36,305 nt of DNA from Promethearchaeota archaeon (GTDB lineage Archaea > Asgardarchaeota > Lokiarchaeia > Sigyniarchaeales > SOKP01), in NCBI GenBank assembly GCA_008080735.1, contig SHMW01000040.1, forward strand, positions 1-36,305. The letters run 5' to 3'. Below, piece after piece: positions 1 through 8,821 of this stretch. The notes under the pieces are model-generated. The model made no database searches. It saw only the letters and a program-made list of their open reading frames with translations, and was not told the DNA's origin. Both the position numbers and the translations under genes were made by a program. Every line of letters starts with the position of its first letter. The stretch's first letter is position 1.

Positions 1-219
1 CTTAATTTTCTAAGATATGTGATCGTGTCTAAAAATCTCCTATCTCTTTAAATCCTCTATATGGATTTAAAATATCCATCTCGATATTTTTTGTTTTCTT
101 CACATACTAATTCTTTTTCATATTTAGTTTTTCAGTATGGGAAATGTACCAAAATTACATTCAGAAACAAATTTGCAGTATGGTCTATTATGTAGAATGT
201 GCGAAATCCGGGGTAAAAC

Positions 220-1320
220 TCACACTTTTTCTAATAACACTATAAAATTGCTTCCTTGGGAATAGTCTCCAGAGATGCGATCTTCTACCCATATTTTCCC
301 TCCGTACCCATCGATAATCGCCTTAACCAATGTTAACCCCATTCCCATACCCTTAGAATGAATGTTTTTATAACCTTTCTTGAAAATGTCAATATTTTTG
401 TCAGGAATACCAATTCCATTGTCCTTGAACTCTACCTTAAAGTAATCCTTCTCTTCTTCAGAAAAAAAACTGATTTCAATCCAAATGCGCTTTATATCAG
501 AGGTGTTGTGGCTAATTGCATTGATCAAAAGATTTTCAAATGCATCAAAGAGAAGATCTCCTCCTTTAATGGAGACAGGCTGATTTGGAAATGCTGTATT
601 TATTTGCACATTTTCTCCATCAAAACGAGATTGGAATTGGATGAGTAGGTGGTCCATTAATCGAGTCAGATCTATATTATCAATTTTTCTATGTTCTTTA
701 GTTATTTCTGAGAATTTTTGTACGTTTGAGATCAGGGAAGCTCCTTTCTGGACTTGAGTGATGATTTTATGTATTATTTTATTCATTCTGTCCGTTTCTG
801 ATGGATCTCCTTGCCATTTGTTCACCAATTCCATTGATAGTGAAATTCCTGAGAGAATGTTTCTCATATCATGAGCAAGTAGATTTTTATAAAAATTGAT
901 TCTTTCGTGAGATTCTTCTAACTTTTTCTTAGCTTTTTCACGTTCAGTTACTTCAAGGAGCGTAAGGACTAATTTTTCTACTTTTTCTGAATTATTTGTT
1001 AGTGGGATTAAGCTCCAGTCCCAATAAGAGACACCACGTTCCGGATGGTCAGGATATTCAAATCTTTTCCCTCTAATCGAATAGGCGTGTCCCGAATCTA
1101 CAACACGTTGAAAAATGCGTAGATTCTCATTATTCGGATATAACTTAAAATGATTTTTACCCGGAAAATAGTCTATTGGTTTTTGATCTGCTTTGGCATA
1201 AGCTTCATTAACACGTATGAAATTAAACTTATTATCCATCAATGCTAATAAAACGGGGGTATTGTCAAGAATTGATTCTAAAAGATCTACCTCTTCCTGA
1301 CCATCAATATCGAGATACAT
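220..1320 (-). CDS. PAS-domain sensor histidine kinase (soluble)
   Basis: N-terminal PAS (VNEAY...YWDWSLIP...EVTERE), H-box LAHDMRN, N-box FENLLINAI, G1 FKDNGIGI, G2 GMGMGL; no TM segment or receiver domain. Confidence 0.93.
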   Translation of the reverse strand: MYLDIDGQEEVDLLESILDNTPVLLALMDNKFNFIRVNEAYAKADQKPIDYFPGKNHFKLYPNNENLRIFQRVVDSGHAYSIRGKRFEYPDHPERGVSYWDWSLIPLTNNSEKVEKLVLTLLEVTEREKAKKKLEESHERINFYKNLLAHDMRNILSGISLSMELVNKWQGDPSETDRMNKIIHKIITQVQKGASLISNVQKFSEITKEHRKIDNIDLTRLMDHLLIQFQSRFDGENVQINTAFPNQPVSIKGGDLLFDAFENLLINAISHNTSDIKRIWIEISFFSEEEKDYFKVEFKDNGIGIPDKNIDIFKKGYKNIHSKGMGMGLTLVKAIIDGYGGKIWVEDRISGDYSQGSNFIVLLEKV

Positions 1321-1396
1321 TGTAATTTTCTTAAGTTAAACTTAACTTCTATTCAAAAATACACGACAATTTTGAATTAATTAAAAAAATCAACAT

Positions 1397-1433
1397 CTCT
1401 CTTTTAAATTTTTTGATAGTTTATAAAAGAGAG
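1397..1433. promoter_or_regulatory. 10-bp perfect inverted repeat (CTCTCTTTTA-N17-TAAAAGAGAG) upstream of the histidine kinase
   Basis: Arms at 1397-1406 and 1424-1433 read directly; function (operator or hairpin) unknown. Confidence 0.35.
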
Positions 1434-1509
1434 TATTATAAATGGAACTCCGAGACCATTGAAAAAAGCTCCATCAAAGCATAAAACTCAAGATTTTTAT
1501 TCTTATTTC

Positions 1510-1737
1510 TTAATCATTTCCCTTATCCATAATTTCATCCAAAAATGCCTTTTGTTTTTCTTCTGGCAAGAAAGCTAAAGACTTCATAATCTCTTTAAAT
1601 TCTTTTTGAGAAACGTCTAACTTCAAGAGAATATCTCTAACTTCTTTAGATAATACCGTATAGATTCTCGAAAAGTAGCGCTTGATAACTTCCAACTTTT
1701 CGAACTCAAACTGGTCTTTTTTTCTTGTAGAATTCAA
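1510..1737 (-). CDS. small helical hypothetical protein (75 aa, TTG start)
   Basis: Fills an otherwise empty gap; amphipathic pattern (EFKEIMKSLAFLPEEKQKAFLDEI); AGGTT just upstream. Confidence 0.65.
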   Translation of the reverse strand: MNSTRKKDQFEFEKLEVIKRYFSRIYTVLSKEVRDILLKLDVSQKEFKEIMKSLAFLPEEKQKAFLDEIMDKGND

Positions 1738-1926
1738 GGTAAACCTGTATTTATTTAGTTATTTATGAAATTATATTTTAAAATCTTCAAGTAATGAGAA
1801 CACTAAATCTTATAAGAATAAAGTGTAGTCCATTTCTTTCAAATGTTAAGATTAAATTGAGGCATTTCTAATTATATAATAATTAACGATTATGTTATCT
1901 TAGGTAGATTTTAACTTAAATTAACA

Positions 1927-2628
1927 ATGAATATTAATGGGGATTGGACAAGATTCTTTTTGGTGTTTGGGATTCAATCGGCTCTCGGAATCACATTTTT
2001 GGTTCTCGCCTATAAAATATTGAAAAGAAAACGCTCTAAAATAACGATTTATTTGGGTGCTTTCTTCATCATTGAATTTTTGGTTGTGTTCAATAATGTT
2101 GTTATCATAATCCTTCCATTTAGCCCTATTGTTGTTTTATTATATTTGTTGGCATATTTTTTATACAATTTTGCTATCGTATTCTATATTCTTTTTCTCC
2201 TTAGTTTCTTTCAAGAACAATTAAATCTAAATATTCAAAAACAGATTATTTTGGTAATTTTTTATTCTTTTATAATATTTTGTCTCTTAGCATTGCCAGA
2301 AGGGATCAAATTCAAAGTAAATGAGAATTGGCGGCCACAGTGGAGTTGGATGTTTCTGATCTTGAATTATGTTGTAATAACTTTATTATATAATATACCA
2401 ATAATCTTTTTTTCTCACAAATTATACTCTAAATTTGAGAATCCGAGGTTGAAAAAACGCATCAAATATTTATTATTGGGGACAGGATTGTTGATGATTC
2501 ATGCATATGGATTAGTTTTATATAATACCTGGGAGAATGAAATCTTTCGAACGATTTGGTCATTCTATGCACCTTTAATTATGATATCGGCTTATTTTTT
2601 ATATTATGGAATTGGAAAAAATATGTAA
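1927..2628 (+). CDS. stand-alone 7-transmembrane protein
   Basis: Seven hydrophobic segments; basic loops after TM1 (KRKRSK) and TM5 (ENPRLKKRIK); no soluble domain. Confidence 0.85.
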   Translation: MNINGDWTRFFLVFGIQSALGITFLVLAYKILKRKRSKITIYLGAFFIIEFLVVFNNVVIIILPFSPIVVLLYLLAYFLYNFAIVFYILFLLSFFQEQLNLNIQKQIILVIFYSFIIFCLLALPEGIKFKVNENWRPQWSWMFLILNYVVITLLYNIPIIFFSHKLYSKFENPRLKKRIKYLLLGTGLLMIHAYGLVLYNTWENEIFRTIWSFYAPLIMISAYFLYYGIGKNM

Positions 2629-2691
2629 TAAGTATCTTAGGCTTTTATTAGACTCTCTTTGGTTTTCATGGTTCCAAATGTAACACATGAA

Positions 2692-5532
2692 TTAATCTTC
2701 TAAGGGCAATGTAAAATAAAAAGTACTTCCTTGATTTCGACCCTCAGATTTTGCCCAGATTTTTCCCCCGTGTAATTCGATAATTTTTTTTGAAATGTAG
2801 AGCCCAAGACCACTTCCTTCAATACCTAAGTCCCATCCTTTCCCATAGCGCTCTATTTTTCCAAATTGCTTGAATAATTGTGTCTTTTCCTCATTTGTTA
2901 ACCCAACGCCGTTATCTTGAATCGAAGTGATGATCCTATCATCATCTTTCTTGGAGGAGATCGTTATTTGACCACCTGGAGGTGTAAATTTCACAGCATT
3001 TACCATAAGATTAGTTAACACTTCATAAATCCGTTCTTTATCAATCTTAGTTTTCAAATCTTCTTCTAAATTTAATTCTATTGAGTGATTTCTCAAATTA
3101 ATTAAACCTTTAATTTCATCTAAACAGAATTTAATTAAAAAGCCTAAGTCTTCTTCAATTTTATTCAATTCTAAGTGGCCTTGATTTAATCTTGAAGTTT
3201 TGATGAGTGTATTTATAATTTTTTCCATCCGTTTGGATCCATCCATAATTCCCTCGATAATTGAAATCATATCAGAGTCCATCTTTTTTCTATGAAGTTT
3301 AAGCAATAATTCTGCAAAACCTTTAATAGAGATAAGTGGTGTTTTTAATTCGTGAGATGTGCGTGTAAGTAATTCTGATTTCAGTTGATTCATTTCATTC
3401 AACATCTTGTTTTGATCTTCTAGAAATTCTTTTACTTGCCAACGTCTATGCTCAATTTCTATTGCGTCAGAAATCAGAAAGAGAATTAATTGGTGTTCAT
3501 GTGAAATAGTTGGGTTATCATCAAAAAGTACACAAACCGCCTCAGAGAATGTGTTCTCAGATTTTATCAATTTTCCATAGGCACCCTTAATTTTATAATC
3601 CCGAATTATGGGATCTGTCTTATTATATTTTGTTTGATTGATATCTAAGATGGTCTGTGGGAAATCATGATTTTCTTTGAATAATTCTGCTGCGAAGATA
3701 TTTTGTTGGAATTCTTCGATATCATAGTAAGTATAGGTCTTGCTATCACTTGTTATAATCCTATATTGGTTTTCTTCTTCTTGTTTTTGTATGTAAAGAG
3801 CTATTTCACCATTTAAAAGGTTGATGGAAGTGTTAAGCAACATTTGAATATTGTTCTGAATATCAACAGTAAAGTTTAGAAAGTCAATATTGAGTTCTGT
3901 AATTAACCTCTCATACATCTTTCTCTCTGTGATATCGTCAAGCCAAAATCTTAGGTTTATTAATTTATCGTCCTCATCGTATTGCCTCACCCTTTTTCCT
4001 GAAAGCCATCTTAAATTGCCATTCTTATTAAATATACGAAATTCGATCTCCTTTTCCTCCAAATCACCATAAATTTTACTAGAATCATCCGAATGAATAA
4101 GATTTTGTAAGAGATCAATAGAGAGTTCCTCTCTTGAATATCCTAATATGTTTAATAAATGGGCATTAACGTAAGAAATTGTCTGTTTGTTTATATTTAT
4201 TTCTATCACTCCTACAGACGAAGTCTTTAGTAAACTCTTATATTTCCTCTCAGAATGCTTAAGCTTTTGCTGGGCTCTTTTTCTTTCTGTGATATCAACT
4301 AAATATGCTAAATCAGCATCATCTCCTTTATAAGGGATTGTTTTAGACCGCACTTCTACCCAGGCTACTTCACCTGTTTTAGAAACAAATCGAAATTGGA
4401 GATCTGTTATAACTTTTATCTTTCCTTCATATTTATTATGAATAATTTTTTGAACTCTTTCTAAATCATCAGGATGAATTAATTTAAAGAATTCTTTCGG
4501 TTTCCAATTTAGAACTTCCTCATAACCATAATCAATTATATTTAAGAACTTATCGTTCGCGTATTTGATTTGAAAATCTTGCATGATTAAGATTCCCATA
4601 ACTGATTGTTCTGTGATATTTCGAAATTTTTGTTCCGATTCTTTTAATTTCTGTTCTGCCCTTTTTCTTTCCGTAATATCATCATAGCTAATTAATATGC
4701 CTAAGATTTTTCCGTTGTCTTTTTCAAGTAGTGGAATTCTATTAGTATTAAATAGATGAGTTTGACCATTAATTTCCCATTTTTCAACTACATTAAATTG
4801 TCCTTTTCCCGTAGTAAGAACTTGTTTTTCATTATCTTCTAAACTTTTAACTTTTTTACTATTTTCAATCAAATCTTTGTCTTTTTTTCCGATCAAATTA
4901 TCCGCAAATTCTAAACCGAGAAATTTAGCATACTTTTTATTGCATCCAAGATAATTTAAATTCCGATCCTTCCAAAATATATATTGAGGAATATTTTCGA
5001 TAACCATCTCAAGCATTTCATACGAATTCTTCAATGCGTCTTCGAATTTTTCAGGGCTAAAGAGTTTCCAAAAGCGTATTTCGGGGATTTTATCGGTGAT
5101 ATTCTTTAAAGATTTTTCACTTTCTTTTAATTTAAATTCTAAATTCTTTTTTACTTGAATTGGCTTAAGTTTTACAAATAAATATTTGTTATTAGACTGA
5201 TCCTTGAATTCCCTTGATTTGATTTCAAACCATTTTTCTGTTCGGTCTTTTCCAATTAGTTTTATTTCTTTTTCTTTATTGAGTTTGTTTTCCCCGCGTT
5301 TTAAAACCTTTACAACGGTTTGAACTTGATCTGGATCCACAATTTTGAGAAAAGAAGTTTGGTATAAATCTTTAAGTGAATAGTTTAAGATTGATTTGAA
5401 AACTTTTTCATTGATTAATGATATCTTAAAATCATAATTTGGTTTAAGAATTGCGATTAATTCGTCGGAATGGTCAAATGCAAGGCGATAAACCTTTTCA
5501 ATATCCGGGGGATCAATTTGCTCTTTGGTCAT
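2692..5532 (-). CDS. multi-PAS (about 4 PAS + GAF-like) sensor histidine kinase
   Basis: Three DITERK PAS-end motifs, H-box SHELKTPL, N-box NLMVNAVKFT, DNGVG, GSGLGL, HGGKIW. Confidence 0.95.
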   Translation of the reverse strand: MTKEQIDPPDIEKVYRLAFDHSDELIAILKPNYDFKISLINEKVFKSILNYSLKDLYQTSFLKIVDPDQVQTVVKVLKRGENKLNKEKEIKLIGKDRTEKWFEIKSREFKDQSNNKYLFVKLKPIQVKKNLEFKLKESEKSLKNITDKIPEIRFWKLFSPEKFEDALKNSYEMLEMVIENIPQYIFWKDRNLNYLGCNKKYAKFLGLEFADNLIGKKDKDLIENSKKVKSLEDNEKQVLTTGKGQFNVVEKWEINGQTHLFNTNRIPLLEKDNGKILGILISYDDITERKRAEQKLKESEQKFRNITEQSVMGILIMQDFQIKYANDKFLNIIDYGYEEVLNWKPKEFFKLIHPDDLERVQKIIHNKYEGKIKVITDLQFRFVSKTGEVAWVEVRSKTIPYKGDDADLAYLVDITERKRAQQKLKHSERKYKSLLKTSSVGVIEININKQTISYVNAHLLNILGYSREELSIDLLQNLIHSDDSSKIYGDLEEKEIEFRIFNKNGNLRWLSGKRVRQYDEDDKLINLRFWLDDITERKMYERLITELNIDFLNFTVDIQNNIQMLLNTSINLLNGEIALYIQKQEEENQYRIITSDSKTYTYYDIEEFQQNIFAAELFKENHDFPQTILDINQTKYNKTDPIIRDYKIKGAYGKLIKSENTFSEAVCVLFDDNPTISHEHQLILFLISDAIEIEHRRWQVKEFLEDQNKMLNEMNQLKSELLTRTSHELKTPLISIKGFAELLLKLHRKKMDSDMISIIEGIMDGSKRMEKIINTLIKTSRLNQGHLELNKIEEDLGFLIKFCLDEIKGLINLRNHSIELNLEEDLKTKIDKERIYEVLTNLMVNAVKFTPPGGQITISSKKDDDRIITSIQDNGVGLTNEEKTQLFKQFGKIERYGKGWDLGIEGSGLGLYISKKIIELHGGKIWAKSEGRNQGSTFYFTLPLED

Positions 5533-5858
5533 TGATTATCCATATATATTTTAGAAGCTTGCAACACAAATCCTAATATTCCTAGAATTTTTTACGTGAA
5601 TTTGTATGTATAATGAAAATTTTCAAATTTAATCTTAACCTCATAAGAGAATTTATTTAGTAAAAAATTAAGAAATAAACTAATCTCCAAATGATGATAC
5701 AAGAATATAAAAGAAATACGAATTAAAGAGTTTTATTAAAATATTACTAGAGATAATAAATTGAGTTTAAAAGCGGTATTTGACATCTACAATGGGGTGT
5801 TCAAATCAATAATTTATTTCCATAATAATTAAATATCTAGTTTAAATAAAAAGTAAAT

Positions 5859-6334
5859 ATGAAACTGTTTTCCAACGATTTTGAACAAGGTGGAATGATT
5901 CCACAAAAATATACTTGTGATGGAGCAGATATTTCCCCACATTTAAAATGGAAAAACGCTCCCGAGGATACAAAAAGTTTTGCAGTCTCGTGCAATGATC
6001 CTGATGTCCCGAGGATACAAAAAGTTTTGCAGTCTCGTGCAATGATCCTGATGCTCCCGCGGGAGATTGGATACACTGGATTGTACACGATATCCCTTCT
6101 GATGTTAAGGAGATCCCACAAGGGGGTCCAGTTCCGGGTTCAGAAGCGGAAAATGACTTTGGAAAGATTTCTTATGGGGGACCATGCCCTCCAGGGGGAG
6201 TTCATAGATATTTCTTTAGGGTATATGCCCTCGATACAGAGAGTCTAATGGGTATAACTAAGAGTAATTTCAAGGATAAGTTCGAAGAACATGCGATCGT
6301 GAAAGCAGAATTAATGGGAAAATATGGACGGTAG
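5859..6334 (+). CDS. YbhB/YbcL family Raf kinase inhibitor-like (PEBP) protein, frameshifted by a 47-bp duplication
   Basis: YTCDGADISPHLKW...NDPD; deleting one repeat copy restores DPDAPAGDWIHW...NDFG...YGGPCPP...HRYFFRVYALD...LMGKYGR* (142 aa, TAG 6332-6334). Confidence 0.9.
5960..6053. repeat. perfect 47-bp tandem duplication
   Basis: TCCCGAGGATACAAAAAGTTTTGCAGTCTCGTGCAATGATCCTGATG at 5960-6006 and 6007-6053. Confidence 0.97.
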
Positions 6335-6362
6335 ACCTTTTATCCAACAATAAAAAAATTGC

Positions 6363-6382
6363 TTTTTCCTTTATTTTTTTCT
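6363..6382 (+). terminator. T-rich archaeal-type terminator after the YbhB-family gene
   Basis: TTTTTCCTTTATTTTTTTCT between convergent genes. Confidence 0.45.
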
Positions 6383-6386
6383 CGCT

Positions 6387-7571
6387 TCAAAGATATTTAC
6401 ATGAGTTTATAATTTGAATGGTTTTTTCCAAATCTTCATAGTTATTATAGTAATTTATTGCGAATCTGATGAGTGTCTCATTCGAATCATCGGGATAGCG
6501 CTTTAATGTAGAGTACACATTGTTTTTAATCAGATACCTATGTATCCTTTTGGCTTTTTTATGTTGAACTGTAATAATACCTGATCTGTATTGAATCTCT
6601 TGGGGTGTAATAATAGTTAATGGGACTGTAATTAGTTTTTCAAGAAAATAACTAGTTAAAGATATTATTCGCTCTTGGGTGAGTCTAATTCCCTTCTTCA
6701 AATCCCCACCTCCTATTTTTTCCTTGATTAAATTAAATGCTCCCTTTAAAGTCAAAAGAGATGCAAAATTTGGACATCCTCCTAAAGAATCCATAGCACT
6801 TGTTTTTTGGATAATATCCATATTCTTATTATCCATCGCAAACGGATTTTCAACAGACAACCATCCGGTGAAGGGAAGTCCGAACTTTTGGATAATATCA
6901 TCCTTAATATAAATAATTCCGACCCCATATCCACATCCTAACCATTTTAATGCATTAGCTACAAGGATGTCAATTTTATATGCTTCGACATCAATTTCGA
7001 ACACGCCAAAAGCTTGAGTGGAATTTATTATATTTTTTATCCCGTTTTCTATACAAAAATTCCCATATTCGTTTAAATTTTGTCGAAATCCATTAAAAGA
7101 TTGCACATGACTTTGAATGCTATATTTGGAGTTCTTTGTGAGTTTTGATGCAAAATTAGCAATAGTATAAGCACCATTTTCATCTTCAACTCTCACGCAT
7201 GGATATCCCAATTTTCTAAACATGTGAATTGACGTGGGAAATTCAATTGAGGGGTAGAGTACTTCTCCTATATGATCTCGGAATAAATAAGCTGATGCGG
7301 AGATCCCCGAGGTGGTATTTATTAAAAATGCGATTTCATCAGGATCAGCATTAATATATTCTCCTATTGATTTTCTTATTTCATCCACTTGTAAGAATAA
7401 GAGCTCATGATTAATATCGCCATTGGTCCGCATTTGATCAAAATAACGAATTCCTTCATTATATGCACTTTTACTCATTAATGATGCTCCGGCAGAAATT
7501 AAATAAATTAAACTCTTTTCTGAAATTGAAGGAAATTCTTCTTGACGAATAGTTTCCCAATCTATAGACAT
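6387..7571 (-). CDS. aminotransferase class V-fold PLP-dependent enzyme
   Basis: IRQEEFP, EIAFLINTTSG, EFPT, ALKWL (Schiff-base Lys), SGII, IRFAINYYN. Confidence 0.88.
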   Translation of the reverse strand: MSIDWETIRQEEFPSISEKSLIYLISAGASLMSKSAYNEGIRYFDQMRTNGDINHELLFLQVDEIRKSIGEYINADPDEIAFLINTTSGISASAYLFRDHIGEVLYPSIEFPTSIHMFRKLGYPCVRVEDENGAYTIANFASKLTKNSKYSIQSHVQSFNGFRQNLNEYGNFCIENGIKNIINSTQAFGVFEIDVEAYKIDILVANALKWLGCGYGVGIIYIKDDIIQKFGLPFTGWLSVENPFAMDNKNMDIIQKTSAMDSLGGCPNFASLLTLKGAFNLIKEKIGGGDLKKGIRLTQERIISLTSYFLEKLITVPLTIITPQEIQYRSGIITVQHKKAKRIHRYLIKNNVYSTLKRYPDDSNETLIRFAINYYNNYEDLEKTIQIINSCKYL

Positions 7572-7712
7572 GTTAGTTATATGAACCTCTACTGTGATAT
7601 TGATGTGAAATGTTCAATCTTAATTAAACTTTTTAATTAAATGAACAAATTTTAATACTCCATTTTTTACTAGTTATATTAGTTATAAAGCGATAAGATT
7701 AATCTCCGTTTC

Positions 7713-8720
7713 TTGAAAATGAAAAAACTAAGGCCTTTTGCATATACTTTAATTGATTATCATGATAAATATATTGGCACGAGGGAATCTCTTGTTTCTA
7801 TTATTAAATTAGCTAAAGAGAAAGATTATTTTTCGCCCAATTTAATTAAAATATACGCAAATATGCCTGATGGATCGCAAATCAGACTCCCTAAAGATTA
7901 CTATACTAAGAAAATTATGGAAGAAAGATCCTTTAATAAAATAGTGTTCTTAGAAAATACGAAATTGGCTTCAGCTGAGATGAGTGTTTTTAAAATACTC
8001 AATTTAAAGAACCGAGAATGTTGGAATTGTGGGATAAAGCTGGACTTCCAAGATTTTTGTTCTTCTAATCAAGAGATGAATAAGTCGAGGGCTATTGAAC
8101 TCTGGAATAGTGAGAGAATTGAATTTTATTGCTGTTCTTGTTATAAAGCACTAAGAAGCGATGTTGAAACAAGACAGAGATCTCAAGAAATTCAGAGAAA
8201 TCGAGAAGAAATTTTCAACCAATTACCTGCAAATGAAAAATTCAAAATTAAGACTCTTGAGGATGAGATTAACATGGAAATTCCTGCGGTCTATGAACTC
8301 AGGTCGGAATTTTATCCCAAGAGCATTGGGTTTATCTATAAGAATGAGCAAATTTCTGGTCTTTCTCTTTATTATTACGATTTAGAAAAGATTCCACAGA
8401 CAATCAGAGCATTTGAAGGGTTAGAATTTTTAGACTTAAGCGGCAACAAACTATCTAGCTTGCCAGAGTGGATTAACGATTTCGAGAATTTAAAATATTT
8501 AAATCTGCTCGCGAATAGACTAAAAAGTCTCCCCGATGAGATTGGTGATTTGAAAAATCTCGAATATTTAAATTTAAGCTTTAACAATCTTCGATATTTA
8601 CCGGATACTATTTCTAATCTCTCCAACTTAAAGACATTATATCTCTGGGCAAATAAAATAGAAAATATTACTGATTTGATTATCGAATTTAAATCAAAAG
8701 GAATTTATGTAATAATGTGA
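7713..8720 (+). CDS. leucine-rich-repeat protein with upstream Cys-rich putative Zn-binding domain (likely ATG start 7719)
   Basis: CWNC...CCSC; about 4-5 LxxLxLxxNxLxxLP repeats (LEFLDLSGNKLSSLP, LKYLNLLANRLKSLP, LEYLNLSFNNLRYLP). Confidence 0.9.
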   Translation: MKMKKLRPFAYTLIDYHDKYIGTRESLVSIIKLAKEKDYFSPNLIKIYANMPDGSQIRLPKDYYTKKIMEERSFNKIVFLENTKLASAEMSVFKILNLKNRECWNCGIKLDFQDFCSSNQEMNKSRAIELWNSERIEFYCCSCYKALRSDVETRQRSQEIQRNREEIFNQLPANEKFKIKTLEDEINMEIPAVYELRSEFYPKSIGFIYKNEQISGLSLYYYDLEKIPQTIRAFEGLEFLDLSGNKLSSLPEWINDFENLKYLNLLANRLKSLPDEIGDLKNLEYLNLSFNNLRYLPDTISNLSNLKTLYLWANKIENITDLIIEFKSKGIYVIM

Positions 8721-8821
8721 TTAAATCTGATTTAGTGTGGGTTATTGAGGCATAAAATTACACTAAAAACTCTCATTTCTGTAAAAACATCTTTATTAGA
8801 ATTCAATTCTATTTTTAATAT

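Noticed and set aside
1-219. Possible gene at the left edge
   Set aside because: Only very short ATG-initiated frames found on the minus strand, and the ORF track lists nothing here
3920-4690. Recurring TTCT.TC.GT.ATATC nucleotide motif
   Set aside because: It simply encodes the DITERK ends of successive PAS domains
5778-5806. Imperfect hairpin upstream of the YbhB-family gene
   Set aside because: Short, bulged stem with no second occurrence noticed; not distinguishable from chance
5960-6053. Repeats here and at 21180-21271 as CRISPR units or insertion target-site duplications
   Set aside because: Two directly abutting copies of coding sequence, with no spacer, no inserted element and no cas or transposase gene
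6007-6248. C-terminal half of the listed 129-aa ORF (VPRIQKVLQ...)
   Set aside because: Out-of-frame product of the duplication; the family motifs continue in another frame to 6334
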